The notes under the pieces are model-generated. The model worked only from the letters and a program-made list of their open reading frames with translations. It did no database searches and was not told where the DNA came from. From an uncultured Candidatus Saccharibacteria bacterium (GTDB taxonomy: Bacteria > Patescibacteriota > Minisyncoccia > 2-02-FULL-40-12 > IGHO2-01-FULL-4-A): a DNA stretch of 45,032 nt. This document shows, in pieces, positions 41,788-45,032 of the stretch (its first letter is position 1; every line of letters starts with the position of its first letter). Where the stretch lies: positions 1-45,032 of the forward strand of contig CAYIXQ010000002.1 in assembly GCA_964367475.1 (NCBI GenBank), written 5' to 3'. The position numbers were made by a program, and so were the translations under genes.

Positions 41788-44219
41788 TGCCAATACTTAC
41801 ACTATTAATTCTTTTCGGGGTTTTAATCCTCATCTTTATTGCCGGTTTAGTGGTAATCATTCCCTTGCGTACCCGCGGTCAGTTGCACCGAGCGTTAAAC
41901 ATGTCGCTTTTTTTGATTCGGATTCCGCAGCATTCATTGAACCAACCAGCCACTAATCAGACGCCGCAAAATAATAAGGATCTAATTGGGGTGGGAGAGC
42001 AGCTCTTGTCTAGCTTTACCAATATTCATACTAAAGGTTGGAATAAGTTTATCTACGGTGAACCGTATTTGTCTCTGGAGTTGGCCGTTCACCACATTGG
42101 CGAGGAAACTCATTTCTACCTGGCGGTACCATCAACAAGCCAAGACATTATTGAAAAACAGATTTATGCTTACTATCCGAATGCTGAAATAACGCCGGCA
42201 AAAGATTACAGTGTTTTTAATCCGGATGGCAAAGCGGCCGCGAGTTATTTTCAATATGCTCGAGAACATTTTTTGCCTTTTAAAACTTACCAAGGCTTGG
42301 AAGCTGATCCCTTGAGCTCGATCTTAACTTCGATGTCTAAACTGCAAAACGAGGGTGAAGGCGTCTCACTGCAAATTCTAATTCGACCCAGTCACGCCTC
42401 TGGCTTAAAAACACTGGCAGCTAAAGTGGTCAGAGAAATGCAAGGCGGCTATCAGTTCAAAGAAGCATTACAGCGCGCCAAGCATCCGCCTAAATCCAAA
42501 AAACCGGATCCCAATAAACCGCCAACGCCTGAAAAACCGAGAGTGATAACGCCCATTGATGAAGAAATCATCAAAGCGGTAACCACAAAGTCGGCTAAAC
42601 AAATTTTTGATACCAATATCCGTCTCGTTTCGTCAGCTGCTTCCCAACCGCGCGCCCAGCAAATTCTGTCGGAACTTGAGAGTGCTTTTGTCCAGTTTAC
42701 CTCGCCTGACCTTAATTCATTAAAACCGGTGCGTTCGTCCGGCAGAGCATTAAATAATCTAATTTATAAGTATTCTTTCCGACTGTTTGATGACCATCAA
42801 CGGCTGATGATGTCAACGGAGGAAATTGGGAGCATTTATCATTTTCCCATTAACGCGACGGCGGCGCCGAAAGTTAAATTTTTGAAATCCAAGCTGGCTG
42901 AACCACCGGCCAACTTGCCGTCAGAAGGAATAATTATCGGCAAAAGCATCTTCCGCGGCCAGGAAACCATGATTAAAATGGTTGACAACGATCGACGGCG
43001 TCATTTATATGTCATTGGTCAGACAGGTACCGGTAAAACTTCGTTAATGAAAGAAATGATCCGACAAGATATCGAAGCTGGCGCGGGCGTGTGTGTGATT
43101 GATCCACACGGTGAGTTTGCCGAATATGTATTGTCGGTGGTGCCCTCATCTCGTGCCGAGAATGTGATTTATTTTAATCCTGGAGATGTAGAGCGACCGC
43201 TGGGACTTAATATGCTCGAAATTGATCCCTCCAAACCCGAACAGAAGACTTTTGTGGCTAATGAAATGTTGTCTATTGTAAAATCTCTTTATAAAGATCT
43301 GCCGGAAGCGTTTGGCCCCATGTTCGAACAATATTTCAAAAACGCTATTTTATTGTTGCTTGATGACTATGCCGTTGAGATCCCGACCCTGGCGGAAATA
43401 CCGAAGGTTTTGGCCAATGATGCCTATAGACGCGAGAAATTAAGTCGTGAGACCAATCCGTTGGTGAAAAACTTCTGGGAACTGGAAGCGGAAAAAGCCG
43501 GCGGCGAAGCCGCCTTGGTAAATATGGTACCTTACATCACTTCAAAACTAAATCCATTTTTAGCAAATGACTATGTCAGGCCGATTGTTTGCCAAAAATA
43601 CAGCGCCTTTAATTCTCGCGACGTTATGGATAACCGTAAAGTTTTGATCGTGAACTTATCTAAAGGCCGGATCGGTGATATTAACGCCAACCTTTTAGGC
43701 ATGATTATAGTGGGCAAACTCTTAATGGCGGCTTTGTCGCGAGTGGATATCACTGACGAAAACCAACGCAACGATTTTTATTTGTATATTGACGAATTTC
43801 AGAATTTTACTACTGAAAACATTGCCACAATTTTGTCAGAGGCGCGCAAGTATCGACTTGATTTGATTATCGCTCATCAATTTATTAAGCAATTGAGGGA
43901 AGACATAAAAAATGCGGTCTTTGGCAATGTTGGCTCGATGATTTCTTTCCGGGTGGGCGCGGAGGACGCTGAAGTTTTGAAAAATCAGTTTGAACCAGTA
44001 TTTTCTGCCCAGGATTTGATGAATATAGACAATTTTAATGCTTATGTTAGGCTGCTTATAAATAATCAGACGGCAAAACCGTTCAATATTCAAACTAACA
44101 AAGAAAAAGCTGGACGCTTAGAAGTTGGCCAGGCGATAAAAGAAATTTCACGACTGAAATACGGTCGGCCAAGGGAAGAAGTAGAGGACGAAATCCGTTC
44201 GAAATTTAATCCGGCATGA
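41787..44219 (+). CDS. Membrane-anchored FtsK/HerA-superfamily ATPase resembling type IV coupling proteins (VirD4/TraD-like) with a long unknown N-terminal domain
   Basis: N-terminal TM helix; Walker A GQTGTGKTS, IDPHGE, Walker B YLYIDEFQNF, EARKYRLDLIIAHQFIKQL. Confidence 0.8.
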   Translation: MPILTLLILFGVLILIFIAGLVVIIPLRTRGQLHRALNMSLFLIRIPQHSLNQPATNQTPQNNKDLIGVGEQLLSSFTNIHTKGWNKFIYGEPYLSLELAVHHIGEETHFYLAVPSTSQDIIEKQIYAYYPNAEITPAKDYSVFNPDGKAAASYFQYAREHFLPFKTYQGLEADPLSSILTSMSKLQNEGEGVSLQILIRPSHASGLKTLAAKVVREMQGGYQFKEALQRAKHPPKSKKPDPNKPPTPEKPRVITPIDEEIIKAVTTKSAKQIFDTNIRLVSSAASQPRAQQILSELESAFVQFTSPDLNSLKPVRSSGRALNNLIYKYSFRLFDDHQRLMMSTEEIGSIYHFPINATAAPKVKFLKSKLAEPPANLPSEGIIIGKSIFRGQETMIKMVDNDRRRHLYVIGQTGTGKTSLMKEMIRQDIEAGAGVCVIDPHGEFAEYVLSVVPSSRAENVIYFNPGDVERPLGLNMLEIDPSKPEQKTFVANEMLSIVKSLYKDLPEAFGPMFEQYFKNAILLLLDDYAVEIPTLAEIPKVLANDAYRREKLSRETNPLVKNFWELEAEKAGGEAALVNMVPYITSKLNPFLANDYVRPIVCQKYSAFNSRDVMDNRKVLIVNLSKGRIGDINANLLGMIIVGKLLMAALSRVDITDENQRNDFYLYIDEFQNFTTENIATILSEARKYRLDLIIAHQFIKQLREDIKNAVFGNVGSMISFRVGAEDAEVLKNQFEPVFSAQDLMNIDNFNAYVRLLINNQTAKPFNIQTNKEKAGRLEVGQAIKEISRLKYGRPREEVEDEIRSKFNPA

Positions 44220-44821
44220 ATTTCACTAAAAAAGACTTTGTTTCATCAATAATCACTGGCCTGACGGCAGGATTACTTGGCTGGTGGATACTGGTATTTT
44301 CTGGTGTGCCTGGATTTTTTGGTTTTTCCCACGCAATTTTAGTGATCGGCGTGCCCGTCGTTTGGATCATCGGCGTTAGGCTGGGATATTTTCTTAGTCG
44401 CTGGATCGTTTTTTTTAATCAGTTTGGTAAATTTGCGGCGGTGGGATTTACTAACTTTGCTGTTGATGCCGGTGTTCTCGATGGCTTGCTTTTTTTAGCT
44501 GATATAACCAAAGGACCTAAATATACAATTTTTAAGTTGGTATCATTTATTATCGCTTTGACACACAGCTATTTTTGGAATCGGTTTTGGGTGTTTGGCA
44601 GTGTTAATCAATCGCGTACCATGGAGTTCGGTAAATTTGCGGTCGTGGCGGTGGGAAGCGCGATTATCAACGTCAGTGCAGCCTCGATCGTTGTGAATTT
44701 AATTAATCCACAATTTGGCCTTGATCCCAACGCTTGGGCCAATGTTGGTTCGGTGGTTGGTTCGGCCGTGGCCTTGATTCTAAGTTTTATCGGCTTTAAG
44801 ATCGGAGTATTTAAGAAGTAG
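44216..44821 (+). CDS. GtrA-family membrane protein
   Basis: Four TM helices with FGKFAAVGFTNFAVDAGV N-proximal signature; ATGA overlap with the upstream gene. Confidence 0.75.
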   Translation: MNFTKKDFVSSIITGLTAGLLGWWILVFSGVPGFFGFSHAILVIGVPVVWIIGVRLGYFLSRWIVFFNQFGKFAAVGFTNFAVDAGVLDGLLFLADITKGPKYTIFKLVSFIIALTHSYFWNRFWVFGSVNQSRTMEFGKFAVVAVGSAIINVSAASIVVNLINPQFGLDPNAWANVGSVVGSAVALILSFIGFKIGVFKK

Positions 44822-44831
44822 TAATTGATTG

Positions 44832-45001
44832 TTGGTGGCGGTTAGGAATGATTTTAAGGACCGTTGAGCAGACCGGCAGCATGGTTTTGTTATAGGTTGT
44901 GGCATAGCCACGCACCTTGACAAATGACGGTCTGCTCACCGGATGAAGAAACCACGCTGAGGTTTCTGAAGTTCCGTGAAATTATTCCCAACCGCCACCA
45001 A
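44832..45001. other. Inverted-repeat-bounded structured element or ncRNA candidate (170 nt)
   Basis: Closing stem TTGGTGGCGGTTAGGAATGATTTTAAGGAC / GTTCCGTGAAATTATTCCCAACCGCCACCAA; inner stems GAGCAGACCG/CGGTCTGCTC, GTGGC-ATA-GCCAC, AGAAACC/GGTTTCT. Confidence 0.5.
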
Positions 45002-45032
45002 CGCGGACATCAATGAGTCTAACTCTCTATCG

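Noticed and set aside
44832-45001. 6S RNA assignment for the 170-nt element
   Set aside because: The long closing stem fits. However, the would-be central bubble is extremely asymmetric (about 4 nt on the 5' side vs about 33 nt on the 3' side) and the terminal part is branched. I therefore do not name it and report it only as an unclassified structured element.
1-45032. Alternative genetic code (UGA recoding, as in some candidate phyla)
   Set aside because: All housekeeping ORFs are full length under the standard code, and several end in TGA at the expected C-termini (for example uvrB and the 94-aa ORF).

Overview
Mostly housekeeping chromosome from a small-genome, moderately AT-rich bacterium using the standard genetic code. 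The gene content and several domain-reduced enzymes resemble Patescibacteria/CPR, but that is inference only. About 40 confident genes are present. They include aspS, a D,D-carboxypeptidase, mraY, ftsW, rpsT, uvrB, ruvA, a FemAB-type transferase, murE, lon, murG, holB, frr, rseP, proS, mreBCD plus PBP2, greA, lysS, serS and an ftsQ-like gene. There are also two tandem GT39/ArnT-like glycosyltransferases, an orphan Clp/Hsp100 D2-only ATPase, and a hyp-T4CP-like ATPase-GtrA operon. I see no CRISPR array, transposase, reverse transcriptase or obvious defence operon. The unusual content is non-coding. (1) A 178-bp element with 13-bp terminal inverted repeats and 5-bp flanking duplications occurs in four full copies, three of them nearly identical. 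One diverged copy has its apical hairpin swapped, and there is also a 22-bp fused-TIR palindrome and degraded remnants. (2) A second family has the same empty-palindrome versus filled-palindrome logic (38 bp vs 113 bp). (3) Two further single-copy, GC-rich, inverted-repeat-bounded elements are 128 and 170 bp long. (4) A roughly 210-nt GC-rich structured RNA candidate with two GNRA-capped hairpins lies between a small Cys-rich ORF and a strong terminator. These elements sit almost exclusively at gene ends, within a few nt of stop or start codons. Many genes appear leaderless, with a TATAAT box 6-8 nt before the ATG. All functional calls rest on motifs read by eye; no database search was possible.
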